DNA of 64,000 bases from Phyllosticta citribraziliensis (lineage: Eukaryota). Below the pieces are notes generated by a model that searched no databases, was not told the DNA's origin, and saw only the letters and a list, made by a program, of their open reading frames with translations. This document shows positions 12,132-24,357 of this stretch, in pieces. How positions within the stretch are numbered: the first letter of the stretch is position 1; every line of letters starts with the position of its first letter. The position numbers were made by a program, and so were the translations under genes. The stretch covers positions 992,001 to 1,056,000 of the forward strand of contig NW_027117345.1 in NCBI RefSeq assembly GCF_038025025.1, given 5' to 3'.

Positions 12132-15100
12132 TGACCGCATCCCGTCATCGGAAAATTGGGCGTACTCGGCGAAAATCACCTCTTCTTGCTTTGGTCTGGT
12201 GCCTTGTCTTTCCTCTGTGCTGCATTTACGAGTGGCTCTCCTTTTTTTTTTTTTTTTTCCCTTAGTTTTCTGGGTACGCGACAGGTCTTCACTGTCTGGT
12301 TGTTCGGATTTTCTTTGCAAGCGTGTGGGTCTCCTTTTTTTGCTCTCAAATTTCCCGTAAACCGTCTCAAGCGACTACTGTGTGTATGTTGGAGCAAGCG
12401 AATCAGGAAACGTGAGCACCATTTGAACTGATGGAGGCGAGGGATAACATTGAGGATGTCGAATCGAAGGGCATCATCGGCAATGTTTTTGCCCCTACAT
12501 CAAAGTTCTCTTTTGCCACAAATTTCTCCCTCTTCCCGCCTCGCGCAGTCTTCGGCAGAGATGCCCCTTTTCCTTAGGTCTTTCGGCGCGGTCAACTCGG
12601 CTTCCTCTCTCCCCTAGCGCGTTTCCTTCCTCTCCTTCTGTGTGTCTACTCCCCCTTGTCCTTTTTTTTTTTTTTTTTTTTCCGTTTCTGTTAGCGCGAG
12701 ACCGTAGGGAAACCAACTCGGACGAAGCATTAGAGACAGCTCAAGGGCAGGAGGGCTGGCCACTTTGTCCTTTTTTTTTTTTCTATCTTATTTTTTTTCC
12801 TTTTTTGGTTTCAACTCTTGTTCCGCTGTCGTGTTTTCTTCCCCCCCTCTCGTACTCTCCTCTCGCAGCGCCCACTCTAATTCAGGCATTTGGATGCAAC
12901 CGGGTGGCCAAAGTCCCCTTTTTTTTCTTTCTTAACCCGCGCCGCGTGTGAGAGAAGGGCAGCAGAAATATACAAAAAAAGCGGACTCGATTCCTATTTG
13001 CCTCTAGCACGCGTTTTGCAACGGTGAAATGTTTTGCATGTGATGACACGCCTTGCAGCGATTTTGCTTTCGCTACCCGTCTAAATCTTCACCGCTGTCG
13101 AGTGGTGGTGTCCTTTTGCAACCCAACACCACATCCCTCTCTCCTTGCCCCCCCCTTGCTGAGACGCCAGAAATACTCGACTTTCGCGATTCCCGGCGAA
13201 TGACGTACTCTCAGTGGTTGAGCAGGTACGCACCGTAGACTGGCACGTACAACTACCTGTATGTATGTATGTGTGTACCTACACCTAGCACACCCACACA
13301 CCGCCACACCCAAACCAATTGTCCAACCGTTGCACCACAAGACACTAAAAGCCAAACGCAACGGCCGGCCGGCCGGGCGGGCGGCGCCAACCGGTGAAGT
13401 TCTTGGGGCAACATGAGAAAAGGGTTCGCGCGGGCCGGTGAGGTGTGCTCGAGTCCGCTCTGGCGTGCGATTGGCTCGGGGCGGCGTCTGGGAGAAGCAC
13501 CAGGGACTGACTGAGGAGGTACCCGGGCTGGGACTGGGCGAGGTGCTGTGGCACGGCTGTGTACATGGCTCGAGGTACCTACTTGTTTCAGGATCGGCAT
13601 GCGCTGCTGCTGCTGGGCTGCTGGGCTGGGCTGGGCTGGGATGCTTGAACAAGGACACGATTATTCTTCCATCCATTCACGCACGAGTCGTGTAGTGAGA
13701 GCATACTCTAGAGAGAGAGAGGGGGGGGGGTAAGTGAGGAAGGAGGATGTGAGAGGTTTGGGCGAGAAGGTGATGATGATGACGCGATGCAACGCGATAC
13801 GATGAGATGGGTGGCTGAACGCCATCTTCAGCGTCCCGTCGCCCATTTTTTTCCATCTGTCTCTTTATTGACTGACGAGGTGCATGGTGTGTGGTATGGT
13901 AGTGTTCCTGGCCTGGCTTTGTAAGCGGGAAAGAGGAGGGGGGGCTTTTTTGCTGATGGTGGTGTGCTGCTATTTATTCCCAGGGCACGCGCGTGTGTGG
14001 TAGGCCAGCATGCTGGTTGGCAGGCAAGCGAAGAAGATTACGAGGGCGACAGGGAGCGGGAGAGACGGCCAGACGCACTATTCGAATGCTTTGCATGCGC
14101 ACTCGACAGAGAGCAGGGGTGGGGATGTGGATGTAGAGAGAGAGAGGGAGAGGAAGAGGTGGCATGGTGCGAGCAAGCAACTCACATAGTGCGGTGATGA
14201 AGAGGGAGAGAGCACGCACGCATGCACGCTCTCTCTCTCAGTTCTGACAGGTAGGTTCCACACGAGCGCGGCAGGCAGCATGCAGAAACAGTCACTCCCT
14301 CGTCAGCAAGACAGCTCTCAGTCGTTGGTTGGTTGGTTGGACGGCATTGATGTGAATGGGTGGCATGGGATGGCATTGACGCATGGTGCAAGGCTTCCAA
14401 AGCTACACGACCGACCATACCTTAGTTATGTGTGTGCCCACCGCAACAACACAAGAGGCAGAACAAAGTCTCCTCTTTTGTTTACTTGGCCTGCAATTGA
14501 AACTGGCGGTGTCATGCACACAACGAGCATAGCAGGCGCTTCTCCGGGCAACCAACGCGAGTTATCAGAGAAAGGATAAGAGACAGTCAGTCCGGTGTGA
14601 CGTATAGTTTTTTGGCGCCTCTCCCCAACGGAGGAAGCGGAGCTAGGCCACATGGGGTCGCCAGTGCAGTCAAACACGCGAGTTGATAACCAAGGGTCTT
14701 CCGAAAAGAGGAACGTCGTGAGCGCCACCCTCTCTCTGCCTCTCTCCTCCTGGTCGTCTTCGGCGCCCGGATACGAGTGCAGATCAGGGTGGTTGGACAT
14801 GTGACTGTCGGTAGGTGCTCGCTAGGCACATTTGCTGCTGCACTTGTCATGGATGACAGAGTTAATGGAGACGCGAGCTCGAAGCGAGAGCAGTTGCAAG
14901 ACAGCAATGACTAGCGAGCGATTGATATCGGCAAGACTTCATCCGCATTGAGATGCAAAGTAATGGGGGAGAAGGGTGGACGCTGGGGTGCATGTCAATG
15001 GTGGTCGTGGTCGTAGTCGTGGTCGTGGTTGGGTGCGTGTCAGTGTCAGGGCCAAGCACCCACGGAAGGCAGGCGGCTGCTCTCGCTTGCGGGTCGCTTA

Positions 15101-15190
15101 GTCATCCACACTTCGAATTTCGACTTTGCCTTGGCCTCGTCGCAGCGTCCTGACCTGACCTTCGACAACCCTCCCGACTCAACAATCAAG

Positions 15191-15903
15191 ATGGTACGGC
15201 TCCGCCCATGGGCCCCTCTGCTGCTCCCCCGCCGCTAATGGCTCCGTCTACAGGCTCCCGCACCGACCGGAGGAAAGAAGCAAAAGAAGAAGTGGTCTAA
15301 GGGCAAGGGTACGTTCTCGCCGCTCCTCACACCAACACGTCCGCGCACGACAGCGCCGCATTCCCATCGCCCACCACGAAACCGCGTCGAAAACGCATTC
15401 ACTTGAGCTCTTTGCATCGCTCCGCTTCGCAAACCGCACGAAAACACCCCCACACGCATTCCGTCCACACGGGGCGGACGCACACAGCCGCAACACGCAA
15501 CGAAGAGAAAGCAGACCAGCCGCTGACAACTCGCACAGTCAAGGACAAGGCCCAGCACGCCGTTGTCCTCGACAAGACCACCTCCGACAAGCTCGAGAAG
15601 GACGTCCAGTCGTACCGTCTGATCACCGTTGCCACGCTCGTCGACAGGCTGAAGATCAACGGCTCCCTTGCCCGCAAGGCGCTCTCCGACCTCGAGGAGA
15701 AGGGCCAGATCAAGAAGGTCGTCGGTCACAGCAAGCTCAGCGTTTACAGTACGTCACCTCTTCTCTCCGCACCCTTCTGCCGCCCGGACCCGGAACAATT
15801 CTGGAGCAAGGCGGCAGTGGCTGTCTCGGAGCCAAATCCACCTCACTATTGGAAGGCTCTCGTGCTAACAACCCTCACAGCCCGCGCTGTCGGTCAGGAG
15901 TAA
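15191..15903 (+). CDS. RPS25: 40S ribosomal protein S25 (eS25)
   Basis: Exons 15191-15193 (ATG only), 15254-15308, 15539-15748, 15881-15903. Gives [32 protein letters not shown]...YRLITVATLVDRLKINGSLARKALSDLEEKGQIKKVVGHSKLSVYTRAVGQE, a classic eS25. Confidence 0.97.
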
Positions 15904-16478
15904 AATTCCCCACGGGTCGTAGATGAAATAAAAATGATGGCTTGAAACGGAACCGGTCACCTCTTTTCTTCCCTTTTTTCTCCCTCCCTGTGCGGTGAAT
16001 CAAAGCGGGTTTCTCATCACACCGGCGTCTTTATGACGGACATGGACGACGACTGGCTGTTCTGGGGATGAAATACCAAAGGGGGGCGGGCCATGGAGAT
16101 TTCTACGCCGAGCGAAAATGAAATAGCTCATGCCGCAATGGACTGCGATTCTTGCCTTCGCAAAGCTTGTGCCGCTCTGCGATTGTGTCTTTGCTATGCG
16201 TCTCGACTGAGCCTGTGCTGCCAACATCAGATTCACAAAAAAAATCCGAAAACGTCATGCCAAAATCTCACTCGCTACTGAGGTTCAGTGTGCTGCGAGA
16301 TTGATTGTAGTAAACGTCATAAATGCGGGCTCAGATCTGAGCAATTGAACAAGGCGCCATCCAGCAATGAGCCCAAGCTTTTGAGCAATCCACAGGGCAA
16401 CGTCCAACGCAAACGCATGCAACAATGAAAAGCCACCCAAACCACCAGCACCCAACCCGACCTGGATTTCCTTTCTCT

Positions 16479-17589
16479 CTATCTCTTCGCCTTCTTACCC
16501 TGCCCGGCCTGCTCCAACGTGCCCTTCCTATCCTCCCTCGGCCGATCCCACCCCCTGACAGGCCGCTGCTTCCTCGCCTTCTCGCACAGCTCCGGCACAG
16601 GCACGTCATCGAGCCAGCCCTCGGGCCGCACGACGCGGCCCACGGCGACGTACTCCTTGCCCGTCTCGCCGCCGAAGACGCGCGCCCAGCCGTTGACGGC
16701 CTCGGCGACGCGCTTGCGCGCCACGCGCAGGTCGGCCTGGCGCTGGATCTTGCGCTGCGCCGGCGTGAGCGAGGGCGTCGGGGTGGTGGTGGAGGAGGCA
16801 GACGAGGAGGACGTGGTGCTCTCTTCTTCGTCGACCGGCATGTACATTTGTTCGACGCCGCGCAGGTCCGGCGAGAGGTCTGTGTCGAAGCAGCCGGTCA
16901 CGAAGGCGCGCGCGGCGTCGCGGCCGGCGAAGAAGTGGTAGCTGCCGCCGGGTCCGTAGCTGTGTTGTTGTGTTGGTGTCAGAGGAGCGCTTCTTGTGAG
17001 CTTTTGGGGGGATAGATGGGCGGTTGAACGTACAAGTGCTGCCCGGCGCTCACGTCGTAGATGGTGCCGTTCAGAGCCAGGTAGATGGGCTTGGAGGGAT
17101 CGCTTCCGTCGTAGGCTTTGAGTTGCTCGTCGGTCAGGAGGACGGGTCCGCTCTGTGGTGGGTGTTGTGTTAGCATGTCTTTCTCCTGAGATGTTCGTTT
17201 TGTCTCTCAAAGATCCCAATGCTCCTTGCTCTTGACAAATTTGCTGGGTTCCTCCAAGACTCCCGCGATCCAAGCCTATTGCCCCTTCTTTTCTCCCTCC
17301 TCTTCTCCAGCAACGCAAAAGGAAGCAAACGCAGAAGTAGACTCACCATCCACGCCTTGAGCCCCGCGCCACGCGCAAACCACGGCCGCCATCCCCAGAG
17401 CAAGCTATCGCCCGCCGTGACCCAGTAGCTCAGCGCCGTGCTCAGCAACACAATCCCGCCCAGCACGCGCAGCAGGTCGAGCACGCTGATCCCGCCAATT
17501 CCACCTTCATCGTCATTTTTGTTTGTCTTGGTATTGGCGGCGCCTGGCCGCGGCTCTCGTTTCGATGTTCGGTCGGGGTTTGGCGGCAT
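16479..17589 (-). CDS. Cytochrome b5-like heme/steroid-binding membrane protein (MAPR family)
   Basis: Exons 17589-17347, 17152-17034, 16959-16479. N-terminal TM helix followed by LTDEQLKAYDGSDPSKPIYLALNGTIYDVSAGQHFYGPGGSYHFFAGRDAARAFVTGCF, the MAPR signature. Confidence 0.92.
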
Positions 17590-20365
17590 GTTGGTCGAGT
17601 GAGGGTTGTTTGGACGGCGGAGTGAGCGGAGGCGCTGGATTCGACTATGCGAGGAGAGAGATTGCAGACTCGGGGGTTGTGCTGCGGTCGGGTAAGCGGC
17701 TGCGAGACGTGCGAGGTTGGTCGTGCGGTCGAGGCGGCGGAGGGAGGTGGAGCTGCGGTGGCGCAGGCGCTCTCGTTGAAGGTAGACAGGCGTTTCGGGA
17801 CGGGGTTTCTCTCAATCGTGACACTGGGTAGAGTGGTCGCTCTGTTGAGTCTCCTCAGAAGGCACTGCGTGTGGGTAAAGTCGAGTATCATGGAATGGCC
17901 GGATGGAGGGACCGGCGATGACGCGTTTACGCGAGAGGTACCAACACCTCCGCATCCCGTACATCTCATCTCCATTATTTGCACTGCTGCTCGACAACCT
18001 GCAATTGAAGTCTACGAATGCTTCCTGGCCAAAGGCTTTGAAGTCTGCCTCTCAATATCAAGCAAAATCTGTCCAAAACGACAGCAGCGTCAACCTCCTG
18101 GCTACCTAAATCCCGGCCATGACAAAATGCGCCTGGCACATCATCACGCACAAAGACCCTTTCCTCTTCTACACTACCGGAAGCCCAGCCAACGAATGAT
18201 TGAGAGGTGAAATCAAATCACAGGACGGTGGTTTCTTCTCTCCCTCCGCCCTCGTTCCCCGTTTGACTGCCGCAATAGTACACGTATAGCAAAATGGTTT
18301 CACATCGCCGACGTCTGCAAGCGAGTTTCCTCCAATTCCCAGTCCGCCATCGCCGGACTCTTCGCTCCCTACACCTCCAAACACCATAAGCCTGCAGTTT
18401 GGCCTGTCCCAGCAAGAGTCCTCTCATGTCGTCTGCAAACCCGCGATTGGGCTCGCACTTGCTTGCAGGTGGCAGGAAACAAGGGCGAAGTGGTGGGACT
18501 CAAACGCAAACCCCTGACCCCTGGCATCGGTGGATGGGGCTCTCGAGCACCCCTGTTTCGGAGTCCGTGCTGCCGGCTTACGCAATGAGCATAGGGACGG
18601 CTGTGGTTGGTCGTTGGGTTTAGACGCTCAACTCGTCGTCGTCGTCCGGCACGATGGAATGTACAACTCGAACCACGCTCATTTCCAAGACGCGTGGTAC
18701 CGTTGTCCCTCTCTTTCCTTTTTGCTTTCGGTTTTTCTGCGACGCGTCTCTTTCGTCTTGGTTTCCTTGCTTCTCTGTCTCATTGCGTTAGTTGCTTTTC
18801 TCTCCGTCGTCTCGGGAAATTTCTTGGTGCTTTCTTTCTTACTCCGAAACATCATCGAGGCTCCAAACTCCAGCCCCCCAAAAAGGTAATTTGCCTATCA
18901 GCATCCGCATCAATCTTTCCCTCACCCGTTTGTCCCAATGGCATCACGTGTCCCCTGCACTAACACCAGCAACCACGGATCAGGGCCCTGGCACAGACCC
19001 CCCGCTACCACTCGACACCACCGACAAGCAAAAAGAAAAGACAAAAACAGCGCCGGTCAGATTGGCCAGGACTTGAACCTGGGACTTGCCGTGGACGCGA
19101 TGTTTAACCACGACATGCGTTACCACTACGCCACCAATCCATAAACGTTTGTGGTAGGCGCTGTATAGTGGACTAGCGATTGCAACAGATTATATACCAA
19201 TAATTGGCTTCCACTCACCATGCCGTCTGCCCACACACACAGACACCAGGAAAATAGCCACCAACCTTCCCGCTCACATTTCCCTGACCCAGACGAATTC
19301 TGCAGGAGCAAAACAATTTCCTTCATTTCCACAAGGCCTATGCGTACCGGGGAACTTTTGCGCTCTCGTTTCCCCTGACCCAAGTGGATCGAGGAGGAAC
19401 ACCACGAATTACCCTATTTTCTAAAGGCCGATTCGTACCGAGGGATTTTCCAAGATTGCTGAAGAGGCTGGTGACAGACTGGGCGACTTGACGCACGTCA
19501 CATCTGAAACAGTAGACACTATGGCTCGCTTACATGCTCGAAGAGACGAGGCGAGGCGAGGCGAGACGAGACGAGACGAGACGCGTGACGACACGACGCT
19601 AGGCAGCGGTACGGGACGAGACCGGCTCGTTAACTCCATCGGCATGATACGTGTGTGCCAAAGGGCCCTGTTCTGACCTAGATGGGCTGTTCAATGCGCA
19701 CATAAGGATGCATCTCCATCCGAGAGGACGTCGCAAAGGGAGCATTCAAGCCAAGTGAGTAGGTGGCTGAAAGTGATGACGGTGATCCGATCTGGCAGCC
19801 CAACTGGACCAGCAAGCCAGCCAGCCGAGCACAAACGAGAGACATGCAAGACACAGCCAAGGATGAGTGCCTTGTTCTCTCTCCCATCCTGCAACAAGCC
19901 CAGAGTATCCCAGATGGACGCACAGATGCGGCGGACTTGAAGACAAACGGACCTCAGAGTGCTTGTTGAATGGCTGGATGGCTGGGAAGCCGAAACCCAA
20001 CGCATCAAGTGGCCAAGACACAGGCAGTCGAAACAGCAAACCTCAAACAATCAAACAACGATGTGAAACGTTGACGGCCCACTACCGGCAGGTACGCCTG
20101 CCAGGGATTGCATACACCAGCATGTGTGAGCTCGGCAGATGGGTAGGGTAGACTGCTCAGCTCAGGGAGTGTGCTGTAAATGCGAGGGCAGTCAAGTGTT
20201 CTTGTTCGCTGCACTGTAATTCGTGTGTATTGTGCAGATGCTGAGCACATTTTCATCGGCATTTCTGGCTTGGTAGTCGTTGATTCGAGGTTGAGGCAGT
20301 CGAATCTGTCGTGGCTCGGTCACAAAAGTAGTGGCACTCACAACCTCCCAGTCACTACATTCAAC

Positions 20366-21541
20366 GCTTGAATGCTCCCCAATTGGCGAGACTACTTCCC
20401 TACCTACTCTTGTTGTATGCCACGACTTTCGTGACCAAGCCTCGGACCATGGTCCTCCTCTACTCCTTCAACCACACTCTGTAGTCAAGTTCCCCAACAA
20501 TTTGGAGCCAGGAACAGAAGCTATAAATATGTAGATTACTGTAGGAACAAAGCCACACTCCTTCGCGTTTAGATGCAGACATGCATTCACCGCCCCCGCC
20601 CTACGACGCCGGTTACAAAATCCAAGCTTCCTCAACACCAACATCAACACTGCACATAGCCGAAAGCCCCGCGCCTCCGCCTCCACCGGACAGAGCTCTC
20701 ACAGCACTGCCAATCGCATCGCCAAGGAGAATCATGGCCGGCCTCGCAGAAGCAGCACGCGCCCTGTTAGCCATCGGAGTTCTCGCATGGCTAAGCCCAT
20801 TCATCTACCTCCACATCCATCGCCCGCAACCCGACCCGTCCTTCAAACTGAGCATGATCACAGCCCATGCTTGCATCGTACTCGTCGTCTGTGAAATTGA
20901 CAAGACGCTGGGACATTCGAAGCATTTACTGATGATTTGGCTGATGCGCCTGCTTCTTCTCATCCTCAATATAATGACTATTGTTGGCTTGTTCTGGTCA
21001 TTTTTGAAATGTCTAGATGTACTCGTGTAGTGCTAATTTGAATGTAGGGGAAGTCATAGTGGCACTAGGTAGTCCGTTATGGATGACTGACGGGGAGCAT
21101 CCAGGCGTCGATAAGGGTAGTGATTGGGAGGTTGTGTGCCACGACCTTTACAACCAAGCCTTGGTTTGTGAATCAAATAAAACACCACGGTCTTTGTCAT
21201 CCCTGTCCTTCAATCGTCACTTGGTGGTGTCTTGATTCGCGTCACCCTCTGCCTCGCCGTACGGGCCCCATGTTCGAAATATCCAGTGATTGCAATCCCA
21301 AGACTCTGTAAGACAGGGCTCGAATGCTCCCAAGGACCTCTCTCCTAAGGGCTTGAATGCTCCTTGACTGGACCCAACCAACCATCGTTGTGTATGCCAC
21401 GACTTTTGTCACCAAGCCTCGACCCATCAGCTTCAGGCATCTTTCAGTACCTAATATGATATTGCGAATCGAAGGACTAGATATACACAAGGAGGAAACC
21501 CCACCTTCCAACCACAATCGCGAACTGTAAGAAATATCCAG
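20366..21541. repeat. Three degenerate direct-repeat copies flanking the 20581 ORF
   Basis: Core GTTGT(G)T(A/G)TGCCACGAC(T/C)TT..ACCAAGCCT at ~20411, 21131 and 21387. GCTTGAATGCTCC at 20366 and 21351 (variant at 21318). GAAATATCCAG at 21275 and 21531; the two downstream copies share a 256-bp period. Confidence 0.75.
20581..21030 (+). CDS. Hypothetical small membrane protein (149 aa, N-terminal PPPY motif, ~3 TM segments)
   Basis: Intronless ATG-started ORF with TATAAATA at ~20522. Pro-rich N-terminus (MHSPPPPYD) is followed by three hydrophobic stretches. No family recognised. Confidence 0.5.
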   Translation: MHSPPPPYDAGYKIQASSTPTSTLHIAESPAPPPPPDRALTALPIASPRRIMAGLAEAARALLAIGVLAWLSPFIYLHIHRPQPDPSFKLSMITAHACIVLVVCEIDKTLGHSKHLLMIWLMRLLLLILNIMTIVGLFWSFLKCLDVLV

Positions 21542-21929
21542 CGTAGAAATGAAACTTAGAAACTTTTCAGGCTCAGTGCCCATGGCCGTCTACTCCGAGA
21601 ACCGCCTCGCGTTCCGGGCGAGTGGATACATAGCATCCTCCAGTCAAGCCGTCGTTGAGTTGAGCCTTCTCGAATCAAAACACAAAAGCCGCCCCTAACC
21701 CTCGCGCCATGTTGGACTCCGTCTTTGAAAATTTCCGGTGATTGGAGGAAACCGTTCCTGCGCAGCCGCAATCTCGCTGTGGACACATCTGCCGCCGTCG
21801 AACAGCAGAAGCGACAGGGAGACTTTCTCCACAATTCCTTTTCCGCACAATGTTTCCGGTGACGCCACGGCATAAACGATAAACGGTCTCGCAGCAAGGC
21901 TTACAGAGGAACGTCGAAAAGACTTCTCA

Positions 21930-23535
21930 TCACCGCGGAAACACCTGCGCAAGCGCTTCCTGAAAGACGCCGACGTTGTAGTCGATCAGGGCCTTCTTCT
22001 CGGCGGGACTGTCGTCGGCCATCAGGCAAATGAGGGCCAGATATCTGTGTGATGTGTCAGTTTTCCCAGTTTCCAGTTTTGGCGCCCGCCGTCGCGTCGT
22101 CATGCCAGCACAACGTCCGAACGCTGATCATCTCTCTCTTGCCGACGCGGGACCGACAGCCTGGGTAGCCATTGCGCCCCGGACGAGGATCATAATTGGG
22201 CCGTGTGTTTGCTTTTTCCCGGGCCAGTTGATCCTGTCCTACCGTCTCGCTACCCGGTCGATCTCGCTTCCGCCGGAGCCAACGTCATGCAAACGAAACA
22301 GGTAAAGAACTCACTTGTTGATCTCTCTCAGGTAGAGGTAGTTGTTGCCCTTGCGCTCCATGGTAATGAGACTCTCGGCGTCGTTGTTGCCCGTCTCCTC
22401 GCCTTCGCCGTCGTCAATGTGCCCATTGTCGTTCGGTCGATCCCATCCGTAGATTTCGCTCACGTCGACCACCACGTCGATGTAGTCGGAGCAGATTTCG
22501 TAGCTGCCAATGTCCGTCGGGCTGGTGTCTGTAGCAATGTAGATCTTGCTGAGAACGTCGAAGAGGTAGGCCTTTTCGATTCGACAGGTGCTGCATAGGC
22601 TGTTGAGGAGCGCTTCCAGGGTAGGAAGCTGCGGAATCAACTTTTGAATCACTTTCGAAAATGCCTCAAAAATCGAGTGGTCGTAGATGCTCGTCTGGTA
22701 GAAGCTGACCGGGGCGTTTTCGTATCCAGCATCTGACAATTCATCTTGGACCCGTTGGATAATGTCGCGGTACGTGTCGCTTTTGTAGTCTTCCGAGAGG
22801 CCGTCGACCTTGTGTACAAAGACCTCGACATTGATGTTTGGGTAGTGATGCTGTAGATTCAAGATGGTCGTGTTGAGGCGCGTTATTGCGTCCAGGTACT
22901 CATCTTGGGCGTCAATCACCCAGATGAGGGCGCCAATCTCGTCGAAGATGTTGTCCACATCAAAAGCAGGATCAAAATAGTCGAGATGACCTGGAAAATC
23001 CCAGACCTGGAAATCCATGAAGGAGCTGGAACTCGTCAACCACAAACCCAACCCTCGGGAAAGAACCAAAACGTTCGACATACTGCATTGATTCCTTTTT
23101 GATACGCGTCGTCGTCTCCAAATACAGCGTCTCGCTAGGCGGCAATTTGTGAAAGACGACACTCGATATTGACGACTTGCCGCTCCTGCCATGGCCGCAG
23201 AAATCAGCATCGTGTTGCAACAGTCCCACAAAGAGGTGTGGAATAATCCAACGTCATCTTCGCACAGGGCTTGGAACTCACCGTCTCTGGCCCATCAACA
23301 GTAGCCTCGGCTTCCCGTCGCCAGCCTTGCTGTTTGGAAGTCGCCCCGTGTGGTAGCGAGGGGTGACAGGACTGGGCGGGATATCCGCATTTTGGAGGTC
23401 CTGAAGATATCGCATCAGAGTAAGTTTTGCAGCAGGTTTAAACCTGTCGAACGCGGCAGGGTTGCAGTGAAGCGCTTCTCCCATCTCCTGTCCGGGCTCG
23501 CAGGGCGCTGGGATGGATAGGTAAGAGGATGCCAT
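21930..23535 (-). CDS. GTR2: Rag-family GTPase Gtr2 (RagC/D), TORC1 activator
   Basis: Exons 23535 (or 23415)-23282, 23185-23084, 23025-22315, 22044-21930. Motifs [59 protein letters not shown]. The start codon is uncertain. Confidence 0.95.
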
Positions 23536-24333
23536 GACGAGAACGGAGCAAGCTCAAACAGAATGGTCCAGGGGTGTGGGCAGCAGGGTGAACAGTGAGT
23601 TGCGCCGATGATGTCGCCAGCCCCATCAAGTGTGGGGAGAAGGATGAATTTCGGGGAAAATAGTGCTCAAGCAAGCTCAGCCCTCATGTTGCGGCGACGA
23701 CGTCTTTATGGGAGTGGGTGAAGATGCAAAACGAGACGCGCTGGCCAAACAGAGCTTGGTGCAGCGGGACGAGCGGCTCGAGGGTACGTGAAAGTGTACA
23801 CGTCAGGAAGAGAGGCGGCTCAAGAAAAGAAAGAGACTGAAATGGGAGATAAGGAGTGAGTGCGTCCAAGCTGTGACGTCTTACAGCAGTGGTGCGCAAA
23901 GTCCAGGTGTACGGAGAGGTGAAGAGGGGGCAGGGGTGTGATTGGATATCATGTCTCAGGCTCAGTGGATACACGATTGTGCGGAAGCAAGCGCAGCAGG
24001 CAAGATCCTGCTCCTGACCCAACACAGTGGACGAGGCGGAAGATTACGAACCAAGGTGGAAGCGTCCAAGGGAGTGGAAAGGGGAGTAACGTGGCACAAG
24101 AAGGGCTTTCTCACACGACGCGAGCGCTGGCAGGAATGCCAGAGCGGGCGGCCAAGATGCAGAGCTTTTCGGGAATGTCGCCCAAGATGCGCAAAATGTG
24201 CGACGGTAGGGCTGAGCTGCAGAGCGGGACGGGGAGGAGGAGGTAGGCAAAGGAGGACTGGCGCAGGGGTAGGGTAGAGTCGAAAGGGGCGAGGAAGAGG
24301 CCGAGCAGAGGCAGGCGGCAGCGCAAAGGACGA

Positions 24334-24357
24334 GAAGAAGAAGAAGAAGAAGAAGAA
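24334..24357. repeat. (GAA)8 microsatellite upstream of GTR2
   Basis: Read directly. Confidence 0.95.

Noticed and set aside
12240..12930. Poly-T runs downstream of the BNI4-like gene
   Set aside because: Ordinary low-complexity 3'-UTR/intergenic sequence.
15309..15538. Long RPS25 intron as a snoRNA host
   Set aside because: No C box (RTGATGA) / D box pair or clear H/ACA double hairpin seen; an Rfam scan would be needed.
18530..18889. Hydrophobic 119-aa ORF
   Set aside because: Hydrophobicity derives from a T/C-rich tract; non-ATG start and no other support.
22045..22314. 270-nt GTR2 intron as an ncRNA host
   Set aside because: No recognisable box motifs or strong structure by eye.
23400..23520. 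Possible U12-type or non-canonical intron joining MASSYL to QDLQN in GTR2
   Set aside because: No RTATCCTT donor or TCCTTAAC branch site; the frame is open anyway and an in-frame ATG exists at 23415.
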